From: a virus | Lineage: Duplodnaviria; Heunggongvirae; Uroviricota; Caudoviricetes | Direction: 5' to 3' (one strand) | DNA: 64,000 bases | IMG/VR virus record: IMGVR_UViG_2802429224_000004 | Coordinates: 1 to 64,000 of that record | In this document: positions 12,997 to 22,818 of the stretch, one piece after another | Layout: each line of letters begins with the position of its first letter | Numbering within the stretch: the stretch's first letter is position 1 | Made by a program: the position numbers and the translations under genes | Notes under the pieces: generated by a model | The model's input: the letters and a program-made list of their open reading frames with translations, nothing else | What the model was told of the DNA's origin: nothing | Databases searched by the model: none

Positions 12997-13306
12997 AATA
13001 TACGATCTGGTCTACATGATCACCAAAATCATCGTCGTCGTCGTCCTCATCGCCACCATCTACTGCTGGCCAATCAACAAACCAGCCAGCGTAAAGATGC
13101 AGCGTTCGGAGAACATCACTTGCGGGAGCATCAAGGGTGTTAACGAATCCCATATAGCTATTGGGATTTGCCCCAGCTATGGCTTCAGCGATCATGTCCT
13201 CGGTAATGTCACCGGAGATAATGCTTAAACGCCCGGAAACTTCTTCATTATCATCAAATTCGATAATGGCATCTCCACCTAATGGCGCTGCGATTTTAAT
13301 CTGCAT
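12995..13306 (-). CDS. small highly acidic protein at distal end of Dar-type operon
   Basis: 103-aa ORF overlapping upstream stop by 11 nt; C-terminal DGGDEDDDDDDFGD run. Confidence 0.4.
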   Translation of the reverse strand: MQIKIAAPLGGDAIIEFDDNEEVSGRLSIISGDITEDMIAEAIAGANPNSYMGFVNTLDAPASDVLRTLHLYAGWFVDWPAVDGGDEDDDDDDFGDHVDQIVY

Positions 13307-14984
13307 TATTTAGCTCCTTTGCCACACCTAATAACAGTTCCAGCAATCCGTCACCATTCATCAGTGATGCGGCAGCGGCCTCTTTGTCATGATACAACTG
13401 AAGAGCCATAGAGAATACTTCCGTTGCTGACGTTTTGGAAATAGTCGGTGATTTCTGCCGAATTTTCCCGGTGTTACTTACTGAGGCTGGCGGGTATACC
13501 TTCGCCATATAAATATTACTCAATCGAGATCTGAAGCACCATTCAGGCTTGCCACGCCCACCGATATTGACGAAAGATGGCTTATCCCCTTCAACATTGG
13601 CCTTCAGGAATGACCGGGCTTTCTCTAACAAACCAGGGTTACTGTACTCAAGATGATGACCCAGCTCGTGCCACAGTGCACTTGCATTTTCATCGTTCAA
13701 ATTGACAGCAACAACACCATTAAGATTTGCATATGCCCTTCCCTGGTGGTGAACTACCTTTGATAAGGTCGATATTTTCCCGCCGGTCAGGCGATAAATA
13801 TCAGCAAGTTCCTTGCGCAGGTCTATCCCACCATTCTGTCCAGCGCGGACTTCTTCCACTTCTTCTGTGATAAAAGAGTCGGCCCACTCAAGAGCTTTTT
13901 CTTCAGATACGGATGAGTTTGCGATCGCACTGTTCATGGCAGATAACACTTTCTCGTGGACCGAACCCATACTTCGCTGATTCATTTGCCAGCGTATCTG
14001 CGGGTTATATGAGAATCGCTTAAGTAGTTGGTCAAGCTGCTCAAGTTCTTCTTCACTGACATACTTTTTAGCCTCACCAATAATGCCAGGGAGAATATTG
14101 CCGTTAGGATTAAACGCTCGCGAAAGGAAGAGTTTCAGCGCCCCCATGCCCTCCGATGCTTCAATATCACCAATAACCCGGTTAACAATGGCCGCACTCT
14201 TCGGATTAGCATCCGCCAACGCTCTGGCTACGATTTGCAGGGACGATACGACCTCACGCTGCATATCAGTCCTGATCTCATCAATAAACTCTGGCGTTAT
14301 GCCGTGCTCTTTTAGGATATCCCGGCCTTCCGCCGTTACCCCATCAATATCCCCGAGATGTTTATTAACCCGACTTTGCAATGCCTTAAATGCCTTCAGA
14401 ATTCCACGGGCATCATCCGCTTTACTAACGGCCTTCCTGAATGCTGGCAAGAAGTCTGAGTTAACCTCATTTTGTTGATCGGCCCACTGAATGGAGGCTT
14501 CTTTCATCTCGTCCAGAGTCAGATCACCCAACGCGGTATGGTCTGTGAATATGAGCGACAACCTCTGAACCATTTCTGCCAATGGTGATGCCGAATGCGC
14601 CGCGCTAAGGAATGCTTTCACCCTGGTTGGGCGAATGGAAAACCAGTCAATAGCTGGTGGCATATCTCCGTTTTTTATCGCCTGCGCTATCTCGTCAAAG
14701 CCATCGCGCCCAAGGGAGGATGCGTGATTTAACAAGCCGCGAAGTAACGAATTGCTGATACCGAATAATCGGCACCATTTTTTCACGTCGGCAACAGGCA
14801 TTCGAATAAAATGCGCAAGCACTTGTACAAGCTGTTCATCCTGGGGATCTGTACGGGAAAGCAGCCTGATCAGATGAATAATGTCTTTGATGCCGGATGC
14901 CCGATGTAATAACAAGCTGGTATATGGAGCAACACCGTTGTATCCGCTGCTGGTGGTCATAACTATCTGATCGTTTAAACTCAT
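13296..14984 (-). CDS. DdrB-like Dar operon protein with HExxH motif
   Basis: 562 aa; position after darA/ddrA-like genes; contains HELGHH (zinc-metallopeptidase-type HExxH). Confidence 0.45.
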   Translation of the reverse strand: MSLNDQIVMTTSSGYNGVAPYTSLLLHRASGIKDIIHLIRLLSRTDPQDEQLVQVLAHFIRMPVADVKKWCRLFGISNSLLRGLLNHASSLGRDGFDEIAQAIKNGDMPPAIDWFSIRPTRVKAFLSAAHSASPLAEMVQRLSLIFTDHTALGDLTLDEMKEASIQWADQQNEVNSDFLPAFRKAVSKADDARGILKAFKALQSRVNKHLGDIDGVTAEGRDILKEHGITPEFIDEIRTDMQREVVSSLQIVARALADANPKSAAIVNRVIGDIEASEGMGALKLFLSRAFNPNGNILPGIIGEAKKYVSEEELEQLDQLLKRFSYNPQIRWQMNQRSMGSVHEKVLSAMNSAIANSSVSEEKALEWADSFITEEVEEVRAGQNGGIDLRKELADIYRLTGGKISTLSKVVHHQGRAYANLNGVVAVNLNDENASALWHELGHHLEYSNPGLLEKARSFLKANVEGDKPSFVNIGGRGKPEWCFRSRLSNIYMAKVYPPASVSNTGKIRQKSPTISKTSATEVFSMALQLYHDKEAAAASLMNGDGLLELLLGVAKELNNAD

Positions 14985-14996
14985 CCCTGTTACGCC

Positions 14997-15362
14997 TTAT
15001 ACCGCCTCTTTAATATTGGCGGCTATCCATGCCGCCGTGTGCTGTTTAACCTGGTCCAGGTCGATGTATGTGCCAACATATTGACTCAAGTCCTGTAACG
15101 TACCGATAAATGCATCAGTGCTCTGATCGACGAATTTATCAGCCAGGAAATCAGCAACCAGTTTTGGCACACCATCATGTTCCGAAGGTTGTTTTTCCTC
15201 GCCACTACCACCGCCGGACGCGCCGTACCCCATCTGTTGCATGATCTGGTCAATTTCATCGCTGATATCCAGCAACTCCATGCCACTCGCGGTAGCCGCT
15301 TTGGACATCAGAGCATCCAACTTATCGCTGAGGTCCATTAACTCAATAGCTGATAGTGTCAT
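14997..15362 (-). CDS. DdrA-like small acidic protein
   Basis: 121 aa, 4-nt overlap with darA-like stop; synteny only. Confidence 0.4.
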   Translation of the reverse strand: MTLSAIELMDLSDKLDALMSKAATASGMELLDISDEIDQIMQQMGYGASGGGSGEEKQPSEHDGVPKLVADFLADKFVDQSTDAFIGTLQDLSQYVGTYIDLDQVKQHTAAWIAANIKEAV

Positions 15363-17278
15363 GCCGCTACCCCCGCTTTCTGGATTGCTACCAGCAGATC
15401 AGCCAGGTGGCGAGCTGCGCCATTAACCAGCTCTTCGTTTTCCTCAAAACGCCCGGCAGCCTGAAGGGCTGCAATCGCTTCCCGGACATTGCCCCGGGCG
15501 TTACGGATCTCCGCCATGTCAGTGCTTTGCATATCCATCACGTTATTGAGATATTCAATGGCTTTATTAGCCTCTGCATCTGCTTCGCTAACCGTTTCAT
15601 CAGGCTGTGCCGGGGCCGGTTCTGGCTGAGTAATCTCACCGACTTCGGCCTGCAATGCATTGATCATGCTCTGCACCATTTTCTCGGTGCCAGCGCCACC
15701 CGGAAACGCAATATTGGGGAAAGTTTTTTGAAACTGAGTTTTCAGCATTACGCGGAACTCGTCTGGTGAGCGGGTGGCCAGCTCCAGAGCTTTTTGTGCA
15801 TATTTGCCAAACGGACCATTAGTAAGTGTCTTCGCCAGGAAGTCGAAAGAATCCTCGCGAGGCAATAACTTCAGGTCGTACTCACTCATTTGCTGATCAG
15901 AAAGCGGGGTATCGTAAGTAGCAATGCCGTAGCGTGCATATTCATAATACGGGTCACCTTCATCAGGGCGCGGCAGAATTACTTTGTTACCTTCAGGTAT
16001 TGCGCCAGGGGCCGCCGGACGCATTTGCAGGGCATATCGATATGCACCTACAGAGACTTCTGGTTCAGGCGAAGAGCTACCGGTATCCTCCGCTGGTTCA
16101 GGTTCGACGTTTTCCGGTTTATGTTCTTCTGGTTGGACCAGGTATTCCGATACATTACCCGCTTTATAGGCTTTAAACAGCTTGCCGATCGCATCTGCCA
16201 TGTCCACACCCTGTATGGATTTAGCCTTGATCATGTACACGCTACCATCCGAATCGGTTAACTGGATATCCCCTTCGCCGTTCTCAATGAATTGCTTCAT
16301 TGATGCACCATTACTGAGCGTCACTTCCCCGTTCATATGCATACGATTTTTGATACTGGCAAGGCGATCCGTCATCGCGCGAGAGTGCCCACCAGTCATC
16401 CCCGCAGGAGCAATGGTATCGCGCCCACCAGTGCGATTGAGCTGATCAATCTCCGTCTGCAAACGCTCATTCTCTTCATAAAGAGAATCAGCTTCCGATG
16501 CAACAGCGTTAATTTTCTGCTCCAGATCTACCTTCTGCCCTTCTACCGCTGCCACCTGATCCGCGAGGTCGCTCATGGCATCCTCTTTCTGGTCACTGTC
16601 AGCCTGTAGTTGGGTTATTTCATCAACCAGGGCTTTTTTCTTCTTCTGCGCACGCTGGAATTTTGCCGAGTTTTTCTCTGCAAGGTTGGCAAGTTTCATG
16701 GTGACCTGCGCCAGCGTCATATCACGTCCACTCATCGGAGCAACGGTGTGAGTAACGTCTTTTTTATTCAGTAAGAACTGGAAAGCAACCAGCGTATCGC
16801 TATTGGTGATCCGGTTTTCCGCTGTCGGGCTATGAAACAGAATGCTGATAGTCTGACCATCACTGAGCGGAATAATGGCTGGCAGGACAGGCAGCCCGTT
16901 AACGTTACGTGCCCGGCCAATTTCAGCACCGCCGATCGCGCGCGCGCCGCTCTGGGCCACATCCCCCGTTTTATCACTCCCCGCAGAGATTCCGGTACCA
17001 TTCAGCTTCTGGTTCAATGCCCGGACAAATGCCTGCATGGTCCGGTGTAACTGCAAACGAGTAGAACTAATCGCCTCCAGTAAATCCGTAGCACACCAGT
17101 GGATCGGCGTGTCATAGAAGAACGTAGCCTCGATTTCCTCCAGGGTGTTGGATTCCGTCATCAGATAGCGGTCCTCACCGGCCATTAATGCGCGATATTC
17201 ATCATCAGTCACCGGCGGGGGAAGCACGTCAAGCCCCGGCTTAATCGTCACCCCTTTATTGATATTGAACTGTTCCAT
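15359..17278 (-). CDS. darA: DarA-like internal head antirestriction protein
   Basis: 639-aa ORF downstream of lydA/lydB/hdf-like genes on same strand; coiled-coil segments; assignment by synteny and size. Confidence 0.55.
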   Translation of the reverse strand: MEQFNINKGVTIKPGLDVLPPPVTDDEYRALMAGEDRYLMTESNTLEEIEATFFYDTPIHWCATDLLEAISSTRLQLHRTMQAFVRALNQKLNGTGISAGSDKTGDVAQSGARAIGGAEIGRARNVNGLPVLPAIIPLSDGQTISILFHSPTAENRITNSDTLVAFQFLLNKKDVTHTVAPMSGRDMTLAQVTMKLANLAEKNSAKFQRAQKKKKALVDEITQLQADSDQKEDAMSDLADQVAAVEGQKVDLEQKINAVASEADSLYEENERLQTEIDQLNRTGGRDTIAPAGMTGGHSRAMTDRLASIKNRMHMNGEVTLSNGASMKQFIENGEGDIQLTDSDGSVYMIKAKSIQGVDMADAIGKLFKAYKAGNVSEYLVQPEEHKPENVEPEPAEDTGSSSPEPEVSVGAYRYALQMRPAAPGAIPEGNKVILPRPDEGDPYYEYARYGIATYDTPLSDQQMSEYDLKLLPREDSFDFLAKTLTNGPFGKYAQKALELATRSPDEFRVMLKTQFQKTFPNIAFPGGAGTEKMVQSMINALQAEVGEITQPEPAPAQPDETVSEADAEANKAIEYLNNVMDMQSTDMAEIRNARGNVREAIAALQAAGRFEENEELVNGAARHLADLLVAIQKAGVAA

Positions 17279-17279
17279 G

Positions 17280-17891
17280 TTAATTTCCTGCTTTCAGTTG
17301 CTTAAGACGGCGTTTGAGTTCGCCATTTCGGGCCTTTTCGTTATTGAGTCGGCCTGTCTCCTTATCCAGCTTCGCCCGCAAATCAGTGATCTGCTGTTGA
17401 TTGAAAGACACCGAGTTCTGCGCTGATTTATAAGCGGCAACCACCTGAGCATTCCGCTGTTTTGCCTCTTGCAGGCGCTGAAAGTTGGATTTTACTGCCG
17501 GTTTCTTGTCTACCGGATTGGCAACACGTTTCGCTTTGGCGATCAGTGATTTCTGGAATTTTGCGGAGTTTTTGCGGGCCGCTTGCCCCATGACGGTACC
17601 AAGCGTCTTGATATCCGGCGACTGAGCGTTAGGAATAGCTTTTCCATTCAGCTTCACAGACGATATATCGCCAGTATCGTTTACCTGTATGGCAAGAATT
17701 TGTCCGTCGTTAAGAACCAGCTTTGCGGTTTTAACTTTAACGCCATCTTTCGTTGTTGCGCGGTTGCTGGAGTCAACCTCAATTACCGTAACACCGGTTT
17801 TATTGATCGCCGCGATAAGGGATTTCAGCCCCTTTTCATTAACTTGGTCAAAATCGACCGTTGCATACTTATTTTTCGTCATCTGACACAT
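17280..17891 (-). CDS. Hdf-like protein
   Basis: 203-aa ORF ending 2 nt before the darA-like start; basic coiled-coil C-terminus. Confidence 0.4.
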   Translation of the reverse strand: MCQMTKNKYATVDFDQVNEKGLKSLIAAINKTGVTVIEVDSSNRATTKDGVKVKTAKLVLNDGQILAIQVNDTGDISSVKLNGKAIPNAQSPDIKTLGTVMGQAARKNSAKFQKSLIAKAKRVANPVDKKPAVKSNFQRLQEAKQRNAQVVAAYKSAQNSVSFNQQQITDLRAKLDKETGRLNNEKARNGELKRRLKQLKAGN

Positions 17892-18312
17892 CCTGTGCGA
17901 GATTTATTACGTAACTTCTGCGGATTTGCTGAGTAACAGGGAAAATCCGATACAACGGGTTAATGAACGAGTCGCCATGCGTAACCATGACGTTGAAATG
18001 CCACAGTCGCTCTCCTTTACCCATATATTCAGTGGGTATGTACAACCATTCACTGTTTTCGCCCTGTTCAGCCGACGTCAGACAACGTTGTTCGCCTTCA
18101 ATCACTGTCGTTGGCTTCTGAACATCGCGGATCCAATATCTGACCGTTGCGCCGCGCAAAAACGGGAATTTAGATCGGTATTTGAACGGCACCCGGATGA
18201 AGCCCTGTTTAATTTCCACATCACCAAGTTCTAAATGCGTGATGTCCTTGCGTTTTAGCAAATAGCGATCGGCTAAGGCTAACGCAAGAGCGCATACACC
18301 CCAGCCAATCAT
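17869..18312 (-). CDS. lydB: LydB-like antiholin
   Basis: 147 aa, 4-nt overlap with holin-like gene upstream; synteny. Confidence 0.45.
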   Translation of the reverse strand: MIGWGVCALALALADRYLLKRKDITHLELGDVEIKQGFIRVPFKYRSKFPFLRGATVRYWIRDVQKPTTVIEGEQRCLTSAEQGENSEWLYIPTEYMGKGERLWHFNVMVTHGDSFINPLYRIFPVTQQIRRSYVINLAQDVSDDEK

Positions 18313-18638
18313 TTCCCGCCTCCCTTTTTCACCAAACTTGTAAGAACATTCAGAATGCTATCGATATTCACTCGTTTCATCCCTGAAATCACCTCATGAC
18401 CGTTATTGCTGGCTATCGTTACCATTAAGTACGTAATTGATAACTCCCAGCCCTCGTGTTGCCCCAATAGGTACGCCATCGCGCCCGCTGTCACTGCAAC
18501 AAAGATCTCCGTAACCAATCCCAACAAATTGCCAGACTGGCGTCCATCTCGGACATCCAGCAGGAACGTGCCTATCCCACCAATTACTGAAAGCAGGAGC
18601 GCAATAGCAACTGGAGTTAATCCCTGAGTGTCAAGCAC
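18309..18638 (-). CDS. lydA: LydA-like holin
   Basis: 109 aa with predicted TM helices and charged C-terminus (KKGGGK). Confidence 0.55.
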   Translation of the reverse strand: MLDTQGLTPVAIALLLSVIGGIGTFLLDVRDGRQSGNLLGLVTEIFVAVTAGAMAYLLGQHEGWELSITYLMVTIASNNGHEVISGMKRVNIDSILNVLTSLVKKGGGK

Positions 18639-18698
18639 AAGTTCCCTCCTACGTTGTCAGGAGGTAATGGTATGCAAAGTAACTTCTCATCTGGTTGT

Positions 18699-18983
18699 TC
18701 ATAATTTGCCAATACATTCGTAAATCAAGTGAAAAACCCATATTTTGGTTATTCTTAATACAAAATGGCTATTCCAACTACATATCAAAAAAGCAACCAC
18801 ATCCAAAAATGAGTTTCCCCACTGAACTTCTGCAAGACAAAAACCAACAAAACCACCTTTTATGGCAAGCAGCCATGCTTCAAGCCAATGTAAAAAACAT
18901 GGCTTATAAGCTCCACGCCTAACTCCAGTAAGAAATAAATAGGTTCCACTAATAATGGACATTAAAAAAATCAAAATCTGCAT
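18699..18983 (-). CDS. possible small membrane protein in AT-rich region
   Basis: 94-aa hydrophobic ORF; AT-rich, may be non-coding. Confidence 0.2.
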   Translation of the reverse strand: MQILIFLMSIISGTYLFLTGVRRGAYKPCFLHWLEAWLLAIKGGFVGFCLAEVQWGNSFLDVVAFLICSWNSHFVLRITKIWVFHLIYECIGKL

Positions 18984-19104
18984 AAGCTCCTCCCGGATCT
19001 AACAAAAATCAAGCAGGAACCTATTCAGATTGTTATTTCTGTGCATAACGCTTTGTTCTTTAAAATTCGCAGACTCATAAGAACAACGCATTAGAGTAAA
19101 AATC

Positions 19105-19665
19105 ATGCTGATCGGCTATGTACGCGTATCAACAAATGAACAAAACACTGCTTTGCAACGAAATGCCCTTGAAAGCGCAGGATGTGAGCTAATTTTTGAG
19201 GATAAGGCGAGCGGCAAAAAGACTGAACGCCCTGGGCTAAAAAAGGTTTTGCGTATGCTTTCCAGAGGTGACACCCTGGTCGTATGGAAGTTAGATCGTC
19301 TTGGGCGCAGCATGCGTCACTTGGTTGTGCTGGTGGAAGAGCTGCGTGACAGAGGAATTAATTTCCGGAGTCTCACTGACTCTATCGACACCAGTACACC
19401 AATGGGGCGCTTTTTCTTTCACGTAATGGGGGCGCTGGCAGAAATGGAACGTGAGCTTATCGTTGAACGTACACGCGCTGGACTTGATGCAGCTCGCGCA
19501 GAAGGTCGTATAGGTGGGCGTCGGCCTAAATACCAAGAAGAAACATGGCAGCAAATGCGGCGATTGCTGGAGAATGGCATCCCCCGTAAGCAGGTTGCAA
19601 TCATCTATGATGTGGCTGTTTCCACGCTTTATAAGAAGTTTCCGGCGTCGTCATTTCAATCCTAA
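19105..19665 (+). CDS. cin: serine recombinase / DNA invertase Cin
   Basis: 186 aa; catalytic Ser motif YVRVSTNEQ; strong Hin/Gin/Cin family similarity; C-terminal HTH. Confidence 0.9.
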   Translation: MLIGYVRVSTNEQNTALQRNALESAGCELIFEDKASGKKTERPGLKKVLRMLSRGDTLVVWKLDRLGRSMRHLVVLVEELRDRGINFRSLTDSIDTSTPMGRFFFHVMGALAEMERELIVERTRAGLDAARAEGRIGGRRPKYQEETWQQMRRLLENGIPRKQVAIIYDVAVSTLYKKFPASSFQS

Positions 19666-19682
19666 ACCTTGGTTTAAGAGAA
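19657..19682. other. Cin crossover site (cixL-like)
   Basis: caatcctaaaccttggtttaagagaa; hix/gix-like 26-mer with AAACC-TT-GGTTT core; overlaps cin stop. Confidence 0.65.
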
Positions 19683-19712
19683 CTCGGTACCAGCGGTGAA
19701 AAGATCCCCCTG

Positions 19713-21719
19713 TTGAGCACGGCTAACACATGGAGTGCACGCCAGACTTTTAACGGCGGGATCACCGGGGCGTTGACAGGGAACGCCGATACCGCGACGA
19801 AGTTGAAAACAGCACGGAAGATTAACAACGTTTCATTTGATGGTTCGGCAGACATAACGCTGACACCTGAGAACCTTGGCGTCACCAGTCTGACGTTTGA
19901 GAAAAACAACGGTGAAATGCCTATTGATGCTGACCTAAATACTTTCGGTCCCGTTGAGGCTTATCTTGGTGTCTGGTCCAAAGCAACATCCACCAACGCA
20001 ACACTGGAGAAAAATTTCCCGGAAGATAATGCTGTCGGTGTGCTTGAGGTATTTGCTGCCGGAAATTTTGCAGGTACGCAACGCTTTACCACGAGAGACG
20101 GCAATGTATACATACGCAGACTCGCCAATAAGTGGAATGGCTCTGATGGTCCGTGGGGCGTATGGCGTCACACTCAATCAGCTACCCGCCCTTTGAGTAC
20201 GACTATAGACCTGAATACGCTTGGAGCCGCCGAACATCTTGGTTTATGGCGTAACAGTAGCTCGGCTATAGCTTCATATGAACGCAATTATCCAGAGGAA
20301 GGCGGCTTTGCTCAGGGGATGCTTGAGATACTCGAAGGCGGAAATTATGGAAGAACGCAACGTTATACCACTCGCCGTGGAAATATGTATGTCCGCTGCC
20401 TTGCGGCAAGCTGGGATGCATCAAATCCGCAGTGGGAACCGTGGTTAAGAGTCGGTCATCAGTCAGAGAGTCGTTATTACGAAGGTGATTTAAATGTTCT
20501 AACCGACCCCGGTATTTACAGTGTTACAGGAAAGGCAACAAACGGTCCGATGCTGGACACAGTTGGCGCGACACTACTTGGGATACTGGAAGTAATCAGA
20601 CGTTTTGATGGTGTGTCTGTCTGGCAGCGTTACACAACCACAGGGAAATCAGAAACCACACAGGGACGCACTTTTGAGCGCGTCTACGCCGGGAGCAAAT
20701 GGACCGAATGGCGAGAAGTGTATAACTCCTTTTCGTTGCCCCTGAATCTGGGTATCGGTGGCGCAGTAGCAAAACTCACCAGCCTGGACTGGCAGACCTA
20801 CGACTTTGTGCCGGGCAGTCTGATAACCGTTCGGCTTGATAATATGACCAACATTCCCGACGGTATGGACTGGGGCGTCATTGATGGCAACCTGATAAAC
20901 ATCGCAGTGGGTCCGAGTGATGATTCCGGTACGGGGCGCTCAATGCATGTGTGGCGCAGCACTGTAAGTAAAGCGAACTACCGCTTTTTTATGGTGCGTA
21001 TTTCAGGAAATCCGGGAAGCCGCACGATCACGACAAGACGTGTGCCAATTATCGACGAAGCTCAGACATGGGCGGCGAAACAAACCTTCAGCGCCGGTCT
21101 TTCAGGCGAACTGTCCGGCAATGCTGCTACAGCTACAAAGCTGAAAACGGCACGAAATATTAATGGTGTCAAATTTGATGGCACCGGCGATATAAATATT
21201 AATACGCTGGTATCCCGGAATCGCGTCACAGCATTAAGCGGGAGTGCAAAGGGGACGCCTGGTATTCAGATGTATGAGGCATATAACAATGGCTACCCTT
21301 ACGCCTATGGCAATGTGCTTCATCTTACGGGAGTGTCCGCAGTTGGAGAAGGTGAGTTACTTATCGGCTGGAGCGGCACCAGTGGAGGTTACGCGCCAGC
21401 ATATATCCGTTCAAGGCGGGATACAGATGATGCTCAATGGTCTGGATGGGCGCAACTATATACAACCGCTCATAAACCATCGGCAGGTGATATTGGTGCT
21501 TATACTCAGGCGGAATGTAATTCGCGTTTTATTACAGGTATTCGCTTAGGTGGTTTGTCATCCCTTCCAACGTGGAATGGTACTGGCTGGCATGACAGGT
21601 CAGGGCATGTTCTTACTGGTGTCGTCAATAGTAATACTGATGAATTAATTGATATCGCGCAGGCAAGGCCAATTCAGTATTGCATTAATGGAACGTGGTA
21701 TAACGCGGGGAGTATTTAA
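19713..21719 (+). CDS. alternative tail-fibre variable part (Sv'-like), silent in this orientation
   Basis: Reading frame starts at cixL with no own start context; encodes junction peptide then receptor-binding-like module; would fuse to Sc after inversion. Confidence 0.6.
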   Translation: MSTANTWSARQTFNGGITGALTGNADTATKLKTARKINNVSFDGSADITLTPENLGVTSLTFEKNNGEMPIDADLNTFGPVEAYLGVWSKATSTNATLEKNFPEDNAVGVLEVFAAGNFAGTQRFTTRDGNVYIRRLANKWNGSDGPWGVWRHTQSATRPLSTTIDLNTLGAAEHLGLWRNSSSAIASYERNYPEEGGFAQGMLEILEGGNYGRTQRYTTRRGNMYVRCLAASWDASNPQWEPWLRVGHQSESRYYEGDLNVLTDPGIYSVTGKATNGPMLDTVGATLLGILEVIRRFDGVSVWQRYTTTGKSETTQGRTFERVYAGSKWTEWREVYNSFSLPLNLGIGGAVAKLTSLDWQTYDFVPGSLITVRLDNMTNIPDGMDWGVIDGNLINIAVGPSDDSGTGRSMHVWRSTVSKANYRFFMVRISGNPGSRTITTRRVPIIDEAQTWAAKQTFSAGLSGELSGNAATATKLKTARNINGVKFDGTGDININTLVSRNRVTALSGSAKGTPGIQMYEAYNNGYPYAYGNVLHLTGVSAVGEGELLIGWSGTSGGYAPAYIRSRRDTDDAQWSGWAQLYTTAHKPSAGDIGAYTQAECNSRFITGIRLGGLSSLPTWNGTGWHDRSGHVLTGVVNSNTDELIDIAQARPIQYCINGTWYNAGSI

Positions 21720-21721
21720 TT

Positions 21722-22255
21722 ATGATGCACTTAAAAAATATTACTGCTGGCAACCCTAAAACAAAAGAGCAATACCAGCTAACGAAACAATTTAACATCA
21801 AATGGCTTTATACAGAGGATGGGAAAAACTGGTATGAGGAACAAAAGAACTTTCAGCCTGATACGTTGAAAATGGTCTATGACCACAACGGCGTTATTAT
21901 TTGTATTGAAAAGGATGTTTCAGCAATTAATCCAGAAGGCGCAAGCGTCGTTGAATTACCTGATATTACAGCAAATCGCCGGGCTGATATTTCGGGTAAA
22001 TGGATGTTCAAAGATGGCGTAGTGATAAAGCGAACTTATACCGAGGAAGAGCAGAGGCAACAAGCGGAAAATGAAAAGCAAAGCTTGCTACAGCTCGTCA
22101 GGGATAAAACTCAGCTATGGGATTCTCAGCTACGACTTGGAATTATTTCTGCTGAGAATAAACAAAAATTGACCGAGTGGCTGCTCTACGCGCAGAAAGT
22201 AGAGTCTACGGATACCTCCGTCCTGCCAGTCACGTTCCCCGAACAACCAGAATGA
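21722..22255 (+). CDS. tail fibre assembly chaperone (U'-like)
   Basis: 177 aa, paralog of the minus-strand U-like protein (shared [39 protein letters not shown]). Confidence 0.65.
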   Translation: MMHLKNITAGNPKTKEQYQLTKQFNIKWLYTEDGKNWYEEQKNFQPDTLKMVYDHNGVIICIEKDVSAINPEGASVVELPDITANRRADISGKWMFKDGVVIKRTYTEEEQRQQAENEKQSLLQLVRDKTQLWDSQLRLGIISAENKQKLTEWLLYAQKVESTDTSVLPVTFPEQPE

Positions 22256-22257
22256 GA

Positions 22258-22284
22258 GAAGGCCCGTTCGGGCCTTATTTTTTA
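22258..22284. terminator. bidirectional terminator between convergent U' and U
   Basis: hairpin aggcccgttcgggcct followed by T-run. Confidence 0.5.
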
Positions 22285-22818
22285 TTCAGGCTTTTGTGGC
22301 CATTCTGGATTTGCCGTATCCACGCGGCTGAGCAGAACGCTGTAGCGTTCCCAGCCATCCAGCCGTGTACGTTCCTCATCTGTTGCCAGATTCATCCTGA
22401 CGGCACGTTCCAGCAGCCGGATGACTGATTCAGCTTCGGAAAGCAAAGCTGCTTTTTGTGATTCAGCCTGCTGTTGTAATTCATCTTCTGTATAGACTCT
22501 TTTAATTACAGCACCATCCTTAATCATCCAGTTGCCGGAAATATCAGCGCGTCGGTTTGCCGTAATATTGGGTAACTCGATCACACTCATTCCCTCTGGA
22601 TTAATCAGGGATGCGTCTTTCTCTATGCAGCAAATAATACCCTCCTGGTTATATGCCACTTTTAACGTGTCTGGCTGGAAATTTTTTTGTTCCTCATACC
22701 AGTTCTTACCTTCTTCCGACCATAACCAGACAACATCAAATTCTTTTGTAAGTTGATACTGTTCGATAGTTTTTGGATTTCCTGCTTTAATATTTTTTAA
22801 ATGCTGCATATTAAGCAC
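22282..22818 (-). CDS. U: tail fibre assembly chaperone (U-like)
   Basis: 178 aa, Tfa-family similarity, directly downstream of expressed S. Confidence 0.7.
   Translation of the reverse strand: MLNMQHLKNIKAGNPKTIEQYQLTKEFDVVWLWSEEGKNWYEEQKNFQPDTLKVAYNQEGIICCIEKDASLINPEGMSVIELPNITANRRADISGNWMIKDGAVIKRVYTEDELQQQAESQKAALLSEAESVIRLLERAVRMNLATDEERTRLDGWERYSVLLSRVDTANPEWPQKPE

Noticed and set aside
15890-17117. Plus-strand ORFs of 60-125 aa within the darA-like gene
   Set aside because: Antisense to a long, well-supported ORF; no RBS or motif support.
21040-21100. Possible third cix site at the internal junction-module repeat of the Sv'-like frame
   Set aside because: The DNA lacks the AAACC-NN-GGTTT crossover core seen at 19657 and 24401; the repeat is at protein level only.
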